From Podarcis gaigeae (taxonomy: Eukaryota), in assembly GCA_964106915.2 (NCBI GenBank), contig OZ066914.1: DNA of 64,000 nucleotides. The stretch is one strand, 5' to 3'. This document shows positions 10,401 to 23,855 of the stretch, one piece after another. The position numbers and the translations under genes are program-made. Under the pieces are notes generated by a model that was given only the letters and a program-made list of their open reading frames with translations, did not search any database and had not been told where the DNA came from. Each line of letters starts with the position of its first letter. The first letter of the stretch is position 1.

Positions 10401-13400
10401 GTGGCATATGGCGATGTTGGGATCTGTGTGGAACACAATTCCATTCTTTCCTGCATGTTATATATGGAGGGGGAGGTCTGAAAAGGCCTAGTGTGACTTC
10501 AAATTCCTAGATGCTGCATTCCTAGCATGCTGGTGGTGTTGTCGTTAACTGCAGGTTATGCCAATATAAGGTAATGTCAGTAGTAGGTACACTGTAACTA
10601 TATTGTTATGCCACCACACTTTCCCAAGCAGTGAGAAGTTCCAGGTGTACAACAACTATCTGGATTTTGTTTCCTTTGGAAGGAGATCTCTGGAGGTTTG
10701 TGGCATAGTTATGCAGCTAGATAATTTTAGCCTTTTGGACTAAAGGTCCTATGGGGAGCCAGCCACCTTCCTTAAAATGGTAATACAACACTTCAAAATG
10801 TGGTAAGCCAGCCCTGCTACGTTAAGTGCTCCTCCTGCTCTTTCTGATGAGGAGGGCCCTAAAGTCCTACCCTGACAGCACCACTGTATGATGTTTTGTA
10901 ATGTTTGAATTTATTTACAAATATACAAGTTGAGTATAGGTGGAGGCATGCTTAACACTTCAACAAGCCGCATATCCACTGTCAAACCTCGGCTCTCCAA
11001 AAAGCCAGGCCCTCAAAGGGCAGGAAGAGAGCAAACTCTGGAAAATGCCTCTCTCTCAAGATTCCTAACACCTCAGACTTGGGAATGGAAGTAGGGGTCG
11101 GCTGTGAGGCTTAGTTACTTACAAGCTCCTTGCAGTTGCTTTCGTGTTTTAGACTCTGGTTGGAAGCGTGGCTAGGGGGACTATTACAATTCGCTCCTGC
11201 ACATCAGCATTTACTCCTGCACTTCTGTATATGATAGATGTCCATTTCTTTCTCTGTGACACTATAATTGCTCACTAAAAAGTTTCAAGTGGTGAAAGAA
11301 CTATGAAATATGACCTATAATGGGTAGCTGGAGGGAGATGCTCTTGGGTTCTGAACAAATGGATAAGAAGAGAAAGGGCCAAGAGACATGGACCAAGCCC
11401 TGTGTGTGGAGGAGAGGGTCCTGGGGATAGAGGCTGAATCAGATATCTGTGAAGAGCAGAGGAAGTGTTGCATTAGCTACCTTATCATAGTGCAGAGACC
11501 AGTACCACTCTCCTGGTCAACCCCACCTGGTATAGAGAAGACATCACCCTAGAGAAGGTGGTGTAATGAGCTTAGAGCTTCTAGGAACAGCAGGATTCTG
11601 AGATTCCTGGCAAATCTCATAGGCTATGTCTACAAGGAATTCCCTTTTGGCTCTGATTTTTGTATAAGGGTAAGTCACCCAGCATGGGAGCAGTACTAGT
11701 CCTTACCCTGAGTTCAAGAAGCAGGCTCAAGGAAAAATGTGAGGGAACAGCTCTGGACAGACAAGTGGGGGGGGGGAGGCAACACTCTGGGAACCACCTT
11801 GTGCTTGATAATAAGCTGCAGTTCATGTTGATCAAACCTTGGTCCCATGTAGAGTTTGGGATGAATACTGTGGGTTTTGAGGCCACCCTTACACAGCATT
11901 TCCACAACTCCTGCCATCTAGCACAATACAGTACAAGATTTCTCTGCCAACTGATCCTGGAGAAAAAAACTGTTCTCCAACATCTCATTCCTGTGCTTAG
12001 CATGAAAGCAAACTTACTTCTTAATTCTATGGTGGTCTGACTCCTCTGTGCTAATGTCCTGCTTTGCATAAATTACTTTTCATGATACACTGCTTCATTC
12101 ACTGTGTTTTACAGGCTACTATCCAGTTCTTTTTCCTGCATCATGGTTTTCAGTGCCAACATGATATGCTGCAAAAGACTTGCCCTTCTATATTTTCTTC
12201 TTAAGCAAACAGTTATTTCTTCTTTTCCAGTCCCATTCCTTACCATGTAGCCACCTGGTCCCATGGCTCCCAAAAGAACTATAGTGAGTAACCCAGCTAT
12301 CAATTAATTCAAGAAACTCCAATGTAAGATTTTATCATAGCTTGCTTTAAATCAATTTCCCCAGCGTGGCCAACTCTAAGGAGAGTCTCTATAGCTGATT
12401 TGCATAAAGAGAAGTATATATCTGTGGCTGTTGTCTCTAAAGAGGTTCCTCAAAGTACAAGCCCCACAAATGCCAGAGTTTCCAACCTTCATAGAATAAA
12501 CCAACCAGGCAGGTAGTGATTTCAGTTTAAATCAGAAACACACATAGTTCCAATTCGGAAGACTAACCTTGAAGAATGATATATACCCCATGCTATCACA
12601 AAACAGCACACACAACTTTTTCACCCATAGGTAACAAAAGGTGTAATATTTGTTCACCAGAGGCAAATTTTACAATATTTATTTACAGATCCAATGACAG
12701 TCCAAGTATCTGTTTGATTTGATTCCTATCAAGCTAGTTTCATTGACCCATAGATGCATGTAGGTTATGCCACCTAAGGTTATATCTGTAGCAGTACAAC
12801 TCTTACTGTAACATATAAATATGTCAGGCTGATATAAAATATAGATCTGTGCACAACACACAGCCAGTTCATTCATTGCTAAGGTGAAACTAGCTAGTCC
12901 CTAATTCATAGCTTTAACACGAACAGTAAAAGACCCTTCTCTAGAGGAAGTGCACTAGGCTCTAACTTTTTGTCTGCTTGTTAGTTACCGAGATATGCCT
13001 TTCAGAAGCACATTGAAGGAAGAGCATCACATAGCATGGCCAGAGAAGCAGATGGTTCACAGGACTGGTTGTTAAATTGCGCACATGTGCAGCAAGAACT
13101 ATCTTGCACACTGTGTAATGAAACTGCCACCCACTACCTCTTCCTATAAAAGGTGAAGAAGTCCATGTACTCACTGTGTGCCAAAGGAAGAAATTACTGA
13201 AAAGGTGAAAGATGTCCCAGTTACAGAATTCAGCAGATCTGTGCTACTCAGAATCTGATCCCTTTTTAAAAAGCACTTGGCCCATTATATGAATGTCAGC
13301 ACTACTTGTTTAAGTGCCAGTGAATTTACACAGAGAAACATTCTCAAAGAGGGGGCCACCCCAAACACCAGGAAAAACACAGCAGGCAAACCTGTTAATG

Positions 13401-14026
13401 TGTAGCAATTATTTATAAGTAATTGTTCTTGTCTTTGGGGAATGCATGGTGGTTTCCTTCTGCTGGCTGGGATGGTAAATTATTGCTTCTAGACTTTTAT
13501 GAATTTAATAAATAAGAATGCATATTTACACTAGAGGGAGCAATAGCATCGTCACTTACTTATTGCTGCTTAGCTACAAGTCAGTTGCATGGCAACCTTG
13601 CAAAGTGGGGGATATATAAAAGAACAATCCAGATTAAATGGTTTGGTCTTTTATGTTGTAAAGTTACCCTAATGATTTATGTTAACTATTAGTAGAGCAT
13701 ATTGCTGAATACAAAGCTGAATGTGCTTTGTACGGAGTACAGTCTTGGCAAACGCTGCTTGATTGGCTGCTCAGAAGATTCTCTCTCCCCCTCCCCACCT
13801 TTGTAAAGAATTTCTACAAGGGCATTTTGGGTTGTTTTGTGCCCCCCACCCCCGGAATGATTGCAAAGTGGATGTGGTTCAGGGAACCAACCTTTAATGA
13901 CAGAGATTTTTAAAGACTGAAGGTGATGAAAATATCAGAGGATGGGTAAGTCAACTTGATCTTTATTTGGGAATGGAGGGAGACTTTGCCCCACATGCCT
14001 AGTTCCTGTAGGTAGCCTCTTCCTTA

Positions 14027-14119
14027 AGGCTGCAATTGTAACCCCACTTACCTGAGAGTAAGACCCACTGAATTCAATCAGACTTACTTCTGAGTGGACA
14101 TGGTGAGAGGATTGCACTG
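14027..14119. mobile_element. Short palindromic MITE-like repeat (TGCAATCC...CTACTCAGAAGTAAG...GGATTGCA family)
   Basis: Imperfect ~90 bp palindrome. Related copies at ~14810-14880, 21125-21200, 44165-44225 and 48360-48445. Confidence 0.65.
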
Positions 14120-14561
14120 TGAGATAGTTTCTCCTGCTTAACCTCTGTGCTGCATTTTGAAAGTTTCCTCATACAGAGTGACCATATACCAAAGGGGATT
14201 TGACTGCCATATATTTCATAGTTATATATAAGCTGGATTTTTGACGGGTGCCACTTATCTTGCAGAGGTGAGAAGAGCCACAGCTGCTGATACTTTTGCT
14301 TGATGATTAAAATATAGGAACCTCTTTTTCCACCTTGGCATCTTATCTTCATAGCAGCTCACTGTCCAAGGCCACAGACTCTTAAAGTCTGTTTCTCTGG
14401 CACATTTTGGAATCTTTAAAACTTCAGCTATGATGAGTGTTAGAAAATGCTTTAATGTGTTGTAAAGGACCACCTTTCAGAATATCCTAATCTAAACAGA
14501 ATATCCTAGCTTTAAAAAAAAATGAGCCTGAGGGATAGTTTCTGAGGGCCTGTTACATTAG

Positions 14562-14755
14562 AAACATAAGCTGTTTTATATGCTACCAGATCTGATTATT
14601 TGTTCATCACTAGCCCAGTTTTGTCTACTGTGGGTGGCGGAAGTCTGTCACATCACCTGCCACCTAGTTGTTTTTTTAATTGGAGGAATTGCCAGGGATT
14701 GAATGCAGGACCTTCTGCTAGCAAAGCAGATAGTTTCTTATTGAGCTACAGCCCC
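14562..14755 (-). mobile_element. Old tRNA-derived SINE (Squam3-like)
   Basis: Plus-strand GCCAGGGATTGAA...GGACCTTCTGC...TGAGCTACAGCCCCT is the reverse complement of a tRNA-like head. Related copies at ~31030-31205, 40000-40220, 49610-49710, 53030-53170 and 61890-62060. Confidence 0.65.
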
Positions 14756-15604
14756 TTTGTCCACTGAGCAGTGAGTTGATAAGTGATAAAGTGACCAGAC
14801 TCTTAACAGTGCAGTCCTGTGCAGGTCTACTCGAAAGTAAGCTGCATTGCACTTCATGGGATTTTCTCTCATGTAAGTCAAAATAAGAAGGAAATAACCC
14901 TCAGTTATGTGGTCAAACCTGTTAATTTGTCCAGCCATTCATATAATTTTAGTGGATAATTAACACACACTCAAAACAACCTTTTTATTTTTTAAAAAGT
15001 AGCATTAGCTTTTACAAAGTAATCATTTTTACTAGTGTACATTAACACTCAGCAAGCTGATGAGCCTCTACAAATAATGGTAAGAATTGCCTAGGCAGGT
15101 GTTTAATTGGAAGTTGCATGGGTAATGTTTCATATCAGGCAGTTTTAGTCCTAGAATCCACCTGGGCCTTACTAATTTAATCAAGTTACATAAAAAGATG
15201 TATAAACTAGCTGTAGTTCTCTGCCTCATGGCGTTGCCCTTTTTCCGAGTGCTGAACAGGCTGTTCATCTGATTGTAAGATTGCTGCGTTCAAACCTGAA
15301 TAACGTTCTTATAACTTTAAATCTCCCAAGGCAGCCATGACTTCTGCTGCCTGTTCCCATCCTAGATCATTTCCCCCCTCCCCCTACCTTCTTTGAAGCA
15401 CACCTGGAGTCAGATCGGGTGAAGGGATTGAGATGTTAGGACTGATGAAGGACTGGGGTGGGAGAAGCCACAGCTGCCTTGTCTCCCAATGTACCAAGAG
15501 ATTTTAAGGTAAATCTCATTGAGATAAATGAGCTTTCACTTGGTTGTAGCCTGGCAGCTCAACCTAACTGAAAGAATACGGTATTTTTAGAGAACATGGC
15601 AAAT

Positions 15605-15607
<3 letters not shown>

Positions 15608-15637
<30 letters not shown>
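15608..15637. repeat. (CA)n microsatellite
   Basis: About 15 perfect AC units. Confidence 0.95.
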
Positions 15638-15640
<3 letters not shown>

Positions 15641-17065
15641 TAGAGAGTATTTAGTAAGGTAAATTCTTTTGCTCAAAAAGGTGTTTTGGACCCTAGTAAC
15701 TTGCTTGAAGCTTCACATTTACTAATTTGGCAATCAAGTTATAATGTCCTCATGCTGAATAGCTCTTATCCAATGAACATGTGTTCCTGGTCATATTCAG
15801 CCAGATTTCTGCTTTTCTTTCAGATTTGTTGTCATTGGAGCCAAAAGCCACATTCCAAGTTATTAGGTATATCCTGTGAAGATCTTGTGCTGTTTAGATT
15901 CTGTTGGAAGGTGTTCTTCATTTGCACAGCAATGAATTAATTGGCTCTAATTACTGAAGTAGCAGTCCCTGACCAAAGCTGATTACATCATGAAGGCTGC
16001 CTTTGTCTTGAATGATTTAACAAATTAATCATACAGGCAGAAGTTCAACTGGTCCTGCTTTCCCCCAGCATGGAGATGCAATGATAGGGAAAGCTGTACT
16101 TATTAACCGTCTACAGTATGCTTCCAATTCATTTTTAAGTGGAGTGCATTGCAATAATGTAAATGAGAAGTTCCAATCCAAATAGCAAGATCTGAGAGGA
16201 GGGACCAGATTAGGCTGTCAGAAGGTAATTCTTAGGAGAGTGGATAGCAAGTTTAATGTTTGAGTTAAAACAGAAAGGTGTGTATAGACTTAACAGCAGT
16301 TCCATGGACTCCTATTAGTGTTTAAACAGGCATCATTACTTATCTAGAAATGCATATGTGGTGAAGTACTGGCATTCCCCTGTATTTAGGCATGGATGTA
16401 GAATCTTAATAGGCTACTCACGTTAAAAAATAATTTCCAGAGTAGGAGTTATTTGTTCAAGACGTTTTGGCTGAACTAAATGAATCCCACATTCATGGCT
16501 ACAAACTTTAGTGTTTTACAAAACCTGCTTGCTTGGACAGAGTGGAATGAAAACAAAGTTTATGACATTATTCTGTGTTTTGAAACTGAAAGCTCTGTAA
16601 AATCAGCAAAGCTTGCACCCTTCTTCAGCAACCTATATTGGTCCTATTTATATAATCACCTCCTTTATATATCCTAGCCTTTAGAAAAGGCACAGTAACT
16701 ACAGACTGCTGATTTTAGAAGTGGTTATTTGCTGTTGTACAAGTAAACAAAAAAAGCACCCTTACGTTACTGAATAAAGCTTTTTAAAAAAATAAAATTA
16801 TGTTTAAAAGGAGGCATAAGGATTGATAATGGGAATGAATAGCACTCATTAATTCATCTCACTCCCTGAAAAGTTTCCATCAAGTCACTGGAGAGTGTTA
16901 TAGAATCTGGATTTATGTTGTACCAAAACTCCAGAGTAGATTGTGGGATCTGCCATGAATTTTACAATTCCCTCTATACATCTGCATAAAGGCCTAGTGT
17001 GAGAACATAGGAAGTGATCTTAAAATGAGACGGGCTGTCTAACTCAGTATTCTCTAAACCAAAAG

Positions 17066-17188
17066 CAGCCAATGTGATGCCCTCAAGGTATTGTAAACTA
17101 CAACTCCTATCATCCCCGACCAATTGGCTTTATTGACTGGAGGCTAATGGGAGTTGTAGTCCAACATGAAGGACACTGCATTGGCTAC
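17066..17188. mobile_element. hAT-type palindromic MITE (ACTACAACTCCCATC family), degenerate
   Basis: Internal inverted repeat ACTACAACTCCTAT / ATGGGAGTTGTAGT; ends GCAGCCAATG / CATTGGCTAC. Relatives at 40542-40664, 48460-48520 and 48600-48722. Confidence 0.7.
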
Positions 17189-20100
17189 ATGTGATTGAAA
17201 CAGGTCCGCAGACTTCGAGTAGCATAGATTGAGCTGCATCCCACCACAGGGCTTGAGTAGCAAGAGGCAGTGCTGAGAGACTCCAATTGCTTACTAATCT
17301 GTGGATCACTTACTGAAGTCCACCCCCTTCTATTTGTGTTGGATATAGTTCTCTTTTTTCCTTTTCTTCCCTTCCTTGCTGTATAAATTCTACCTGTTCT
17401 TGCCCATTAGGTTGTTTGCTGGGCTTCCTCCAAAAGGAAAATGTGAGGGCAAGTGGTCTGACTGGAGACACTATTTTTTGGCGGGGGGCAGCAGCATTTT
17501 CCCCTCATCCATTTCACTAATAATTTGAGCTCACAATGTGTAGCTTGCCACCACCACAAGGGCCCTCCGGTGAGGAACATAGGCTTATATAAAGGTAGAT
17601 AGGGCTTCTGTACTATTATACCGCTGTCTTGAGGAGAGGCACCATTGCTGGGAGAGAAAGGCAGGATAAAGACTTTTAGAAGAGGGGGGCTTGCAATGTA
17701 GGGATGAGACGAGCTGCAGCTGTTGATATTCTCATCTTGTTTAAGAATTGGCCATCACTAGATCTAAAGCTTCTGCTGATAGTTCCCCAGGCAGTGGCCC
17801 CATATAAAATTCCATATATAACTAATGCACAGTGATTATTTGCAAAGATTCCTGCTGGTTTAACTTGCATTTTTTTTGCATTGTCGGGTTGGATTTTGAA
17901 AATAAATTATAAGCTTAGCAACATCAACTCCATTGGCATTAGGCCAATAAATTTATGCGATTTTCTACTATAGGCACCAGGCTGACCTTCTGGGGAAATT
18001 GATAATAAAAAGTAAGAATGGAGTAAGCAATGTGGTGACAAATGTATTCACCCTCCCCTTCATCTAACAATTTCTAGCCTTTCCACTGCAGAAGCATGTT
18101 AATAGATTCTACGCTGCACCTATTGCCCTTTCAAAGCTCAAGGTGGCTTGTTCTATACTTTAGGGAGTTTGTCCCAATTTGCTAGTGCTGTATTTTCAAA
18201 TAGTAGCTCTTCCTTCCTCTTACTGAATTAGTTCTAAAATGAAATCTCATTCAACCCACTCCTTTGTATGTTTACATAAGACTTACTTCACTTATTGCTC
18301 CAAAAGTTAGAATCAGAATGTGGCATTCATTTTCATTTATTCGAATGCATGGTTAAAATATTATTTGCTCATAATTTTTTCCCCTTAAACTGTTCTACAC
18401 TTTTGTAGTACCAAGACTGTGCTGAAATTTCACCCCCAAAGGAGAGGACTTTCTATTGTCTGAAACCTTCTAAACGTCCTGCTCTGCTACTGTTTCTTCC
18501 CCTGTCAACCAGTCAGGACTCATTTACAGAATGCAGTGACATAACAGCAGTCCATAACCAGTGAGATTTGGTTATGTGGTGATGTCACTGAGGCCAATCA
18601 AGCTCAGACTGCTGTGAAGGGGTGTATCCTTGTTGCTAAGGAACTGGAGTGACGCTCCCTGTATATCTGTGCTGCTGTAGAACCACCATAGGGTAGCATA
18701 GCAGTGCAGTAAGACGCAGAGTATTGTCCCCAGTTGTCTTGGCAACACAGTTACGCTTGTCTTTCTGGCTATGATGGTTTTATTGCAGCATGGCAAGTCA
18801 GGAAGTGTTGGTTATAGGAATGCTTTCATGATTCCACATCCTTTAAAATCCCTCTTCCCCATCTTCACTGAAGACACAGGGTGTTTGGGGGGAGCTGCAG
18901 AATGCTTGCAAAATACATTTCAGCTGAGCCCTATACTGTATAGCATTGCTTTCTGGTCTTATTTTGGGGACAACTATGGTTTATAGTGGGAAGCAGAAAA
19001 CATCCCGGGGGGGGGGGGCTCCAGAAGGTGTTTTTTATGGGAACATTTTTGTAGTGTCCACATGATGCCATTGGCATCAAAATCCCAGCCTATATTTTTT
19101 GCCCCATTTAATATGGACTTACTCTTTCTGAAGAAATCCAATAATTTTTAATAAGTGTTAATGATCCATTTGTGATATTTTAGTAACAAATTAAGCCCCT
19201 ATCTAGAATCAGCCTTAATTTAGGCTCCATGGAACATTTTAATCTGTCTCACCTACACTGACCTGTAATTTAAACTGTTATAATACACCTGACCCATATT
19301 TATTTTCCTTATGCAGTATTAGATTTTTCTGGACTTGTCAACTGAGACTAGTACAAGGTTACAAAAGGATAATCTAGTCATTCAGCAAAGTCCTATCACC
19401 TTCTAGATTTTCCCCTCTGGTTTTCTCTCTGTAGCAGGCATGTTGTTAAAGAGACTAATCCCTAGCATGTAATGTCCAGAATATTAAAGATTTGTATTTT
19501 TAAAAACTTTCTAATTTTAATTGCTGCACAAGTTTCTTTTTAGAGTAAGGATGCAGAGATATGTAGCAGCTAAGCAGGTGGTTGTTTGGAAGAGGAGGTC
19601 TATGGAAATTTGACAGAAATGGAAAAATTGTGTGTGTGTAAGAGGGAAATCTAACTAATAATGGACATCCTCTTTTGAGGGCACTTTCAAATAGCTTCCT
19701 TAAGGATGTTAGCTGCAACTATGGCAGCAAAACAAGGTAGATGTAATTGAAGCAGTACCGTTATCTTGGAGACTTGAATCTACCATTGCAAATTTTGTAT
19801 GGTTATCTTTCTTTCTCTTGTGCTGACTCTAGTAGTATGTTTAGAGCAGCATTAATTAGTATTTAAATCATTATTGTAGTCTAGCTTGCAGGTGTCTGGA
19901 GCACTGACATATCAGTGTGCTAGTCACCACTGTAAGAATTACAATTAACTGAGAATGTTGATTTCTGGGAACATTTCCACTCTGCCTAAATTTATTTTGC
20001 CCACACTGGGTAGCCTGTAGGTGTCAGACAGTATCTGCTGTGGATTTTCAAATAGCAAAACAAATAAGTGTTGCACTGCTCTGGTTCAGTGAAACCACAT

Positions 20101-21204
20101 TGTTGACAATGAATTTTACAAGTTTTCAGGTCATTCTTAATGCAGCTATCTTAAATGCATCAGACAAAGCATTTTCGGAGGGGAGCAACGGCAAAATCTT
20201 ACCATCTGTACTTCAGCAAATCTGAAGATGTGCTGGGTTTTCGAAACTAACTGCAGCACATAAGTCACTCCTGGATGACCTGTTTACTGAGGATTCGTCC
20301 TGATTTTTTGCACAGGGTTTTATCCCGTGTTAGTCATACTTAGAGTAAGTCTATTGGAATTAATAAACACAACTAACTTAGGTCCATTTATTACAATGGG
20401 TCTACTGTAGTAAAATTTAATAGGCTACAATCCCCAAAGTTTATTGGGAATTTATACAATGTTGGATGTTTATTGAGCATTCATCCTGCTTTATTGTAGG
20501 GAAGTTATGTGACATTTCCCTTGTCACAAAAGCCATTTCAAAGAAGAAGAAGCAGAAGTATGTTTTGCAAGAGCACCAAATCCACTTTAATAACCTAACT
20601 TGAATTTACAGCACACAATTGAATTCGACCCACAAAATAGCAGTATCCATAGCAGTATCCATAGCCTTGTTAGAAAGGCAGCATCTCTATCACTTTTAGG
20701 CCACCGATCTCTAAGATTTCTTAAGGTTGCTTTCACATGTCCACCCTAAGATACATGTTATTTTCCTGATCATTGTGTATCTTTTAAAACCAATTAATTA
20801 CACAATTGGTAAACTTGATGCAGTTTGTTCAGTATATCTGCAAACTGAGGTTTTTTGCCCTCTTACTCAAGACTGAAACTTTTTCTTTCTTTTTTTAATT
20901 GACACATCTTTTGTAAGGGTGAATTGGAAACCAGGTTTGTATTTATGCCCAGCCATGTGTGAAATTAATGTCCTACAAGCACACTCAAGTGAATGCATGT
21001 GGTAATAAAACAGTATTCACTGTTCAATTTTGTGGTTAAGAAGTATTTTTTTGAATTCTTGCCATACATGCCTATAAATGCAGGACACAACCCAGCGAAT
21101 CAGAGACTGTGTGACAGGCAGTCTGCTCTCATGCTCATTTACTCAGAAGTAAGCACCACTGAATTTAGTTGGACTTACTCTCTCACAGGCATGTTTTGGA
21201 TTAT

Positions 21205-21506
21205 AATTATAAATGATTAAATTTGTATACCGCCCTTCATCACAAGATCTCAGGGTGGTTCACAAGATAAAAATGCAAGGCATAAGCACAAATAAATAGT
21301 TAAAACCAAAACAGCAAAACAACACCCCCCCCAAACACATTTAAAAGCCTATAGAATACTAACCAGCCAAAGGCCTGGTTGAAGAGGAACGTTTTCGCCT
21401 GGCCCCTTCATTATATATCTTTAGGTGCCAGGTGAACCTCCTTGAGGAAAACATTCCACAAATGGGGAGCCACTGCAGAAAAAGCTTGTTCTTGTGTTAC
21501 CATCCT
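21205..21506 (-). mobile_element. L2-clade LINE 3' fragment
   Basis: AATTTGTATACCGCCCTTC...CAAAGGCCTGGTTGAAGAGGAACGTTTTCGCCTGG...TTCCACAAATGGGGAGCCACTGCAGAAAA. Same family as 51827-52032. Confidence 0.75.
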
Positions 21507-23503
21507 ATGCAAAACTACTTGGAAAGGAAACTAATGGAATTCTACATACTGCTACCTGTGAGCAGGAACAGCCCTACATTAGATTAGACAGAGTGATGTG
21601 GTCACCCCAGGCAGCTGAAAGAAGTTAGATGTCATGAAAGGACAGCAAATTGTATTTTTTCCATGCAGGGAGAGATGCTTTGGGGATGTATTGGCTGAGG
21701 TGTCAAAATAACTTGACCAGCCTTTAGTACTATGTACCTTGATGTGTGTGTGGAGGTTTCATTCCATGTTCTGCCTCAAGCAACAAAATGTATTGGGCCA
21801 GCCCTGCTAGCGTGTAAGCCATGGCAAAGAGAGTAAGATTTAGTTCTAAGAAAACATGCTCATAACTGCATTGATATGAGCCTTGCATTTGTAATCTTGA
21901 TTAAGTCTCAATGGGATTTCTGTTGATTGTGAGTAACCTAAGTCCCACTGATTGAATTAGGACTTAGTCAAAGACTGTCATTTGCTGGATCAAAAACCAT
22001 GAAAGGTCTTGTGGCACCTTAAATACTTACAAATTTATTATGGCATAAGATTTTCTGGGTTTGAATTCACTTCATCAGATGCATAAAGTATAATCCTCAA
22101 TTGTGTTTGTAGCTAGCTGCCCGCACTGTCAATCACCTGATGTCACAATGACATCAGATGATGCAGAGGAACATTTTTCCTTTGAAGGAGCAGCTCATTT
22201 GAAGAGAAAGATCCTGTGCATTGCCAGCCAGCAATTCAAAGGAAGAAATTCACATTTCAAATATACATGGTATCTTCCCATGAACACATTGTTGAGCATC
22301 AATGCTGATATTTCCAGTGAATGGGAATTGGCACAAATAACACATGTTGACAGTGACAAATAACTTGACTTATGTATCAATTTTCTGCCCTGACACCTCT
22401 GCCTATCCTATTCCAGATGCAGGGGTCCCCCACCCTTCCATGAAAGGGAACGTTCATATTTCTGAAATTGTGCTTGAAGTACTGCTCAACGCATGCCCTT
22501 TATGCTTCAGTAATATTAACAGTAATCAGCAATATTATAGTCGGGACAGAGTGTGAAGGCAAAGAACCAGCCTGCCCACTCTATCTACCATCTTGCTGCA
22601 TAGTTGGTTCACATTGATTGATCACAAAGATGTCCTTAGTGGAACCTTTGTGCCAGGCTCATCTCTGGATACTTCAGCCAAGTTAGAATGAAACTCTGAA
22701 AATGGAGAAAAGTTGGTGCAATTTCTACCTGTTGCTTCCAAGAATCTCATGATATATTGGTTCTCTTTGGCATGAAATTGATTTAGAAGAACTTAAAGGG
22801 AGTTATCTTACCTTTACACTCCTGTACATTTAGTTCAAGGACTTTCTGCTCCAGAAAGCACTCCAGTATTGGGAGACTTTCTCAAGAACATTTAACATGA
22901 ATTGGCTTACACTTTATGCAAACCTGTGGACCCTTGTTCAAATTCCTGCTCAGAAGAGAGACAACTTGGTTCAACCTACCACACAGGGTTGTTGGGAAGT
23001 TGCTGTTGTATGAGGATTTGAACTCCTTGGAGAATGGTGGAATATTAGTGTAAAAAGAAAGTAAATAAACTTGACCTAAGAATATCAGTTCAAAGCATAG
23101 CATGTTATTCTGCTTTATAGGCTCTTGGCCCCACTGGTGGGACTTGTCAAAAAAGGTTTAACTGTGATTATGCTATACTGTAATTTGGACAGTTGTCTAC
23201 TTGGAACTGAGCTCAGGCTTATTTCCCTTAGGCCACTGAACAACTGCTGTTGAGTAATAAAGATTGTCAATCAATCCTACCTTCATCGAAACTAAGCAGA
23301 ATGAAAGAAGTTGTTATACCATTTCCTGAGACTTTCTGTTCTGTACAGCTGAGGTCCAAATTTACATTTTACAGCTTAATAGAAAAAACATTTTACAGAA
23401 GCTACATATAAATGTCACTCAATGAGCAACACATGTAAAATAAAAATCTAGCTGTACTTTATCAAAGCCCCATTTTGCATTTAGGGTGGGATAATCCTAC
23501 CCT

Positions 23504-23855
23504 GGGATGCGGGTGGCGCTGTGGGTTAAACCACAGAGCCTAGGACTTGCCGATCAGAAGGTCGGCGGTTCGAATCCCCGTGACGGGGTGAGCTCCCATT
23601 GCTCGGTCTCTGCTCCTGCCAACCTAGCAGTTTGAAAGCATGTCAAAGTGCAAGTAGATAAATAGGTACTGCTGTGGCGGGAAGGTAAACAGTGTTTCCA
23701 GGTGCTGCTCTGGTTCGCCAGAAGCAGCTTAGTCATGCTGGCCACATGACCCGGAAGCTGTACACCAGGCCCCTTGGCCAATAAAGCGAGATGAGCACCA
23801 CAACCCCAGAGTCGGTCACAACTGGACCTAATGGTCAGGGGTCCATTTACCTTTT
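23504..23855 (+). mobile_element. Sauria SINE, full length
   Basis: Head GGGATGCGGGTGGCGCTGTGGGTTAAACC, B box GGTTCGAATCCC, 3' AGAGTCGGTCACAACTGG segment. 12-bp TSD TAATCCTACCCT / TAAGCCTACCCT (23492-23503, 23856-23867). Confidence 0.95.

Noticed and set aside
11617-12069. 150-aa and 126-aa overlapping ORFs
   Set aside because: No recognisable homology or splice context; lengths are compatible with chance in 64 kb.
20638-20665. 12-bp tandem duplication TAGCAGTATCCA
   Set aside because: Ordinary slippage duplication with no further structure.
23504-23590. tRNA gene (A/B boxes, GGTTCGAATCCC)
   Set aside because: It is the tRNA-derived head of a SINE, with body, tail and TSD present.
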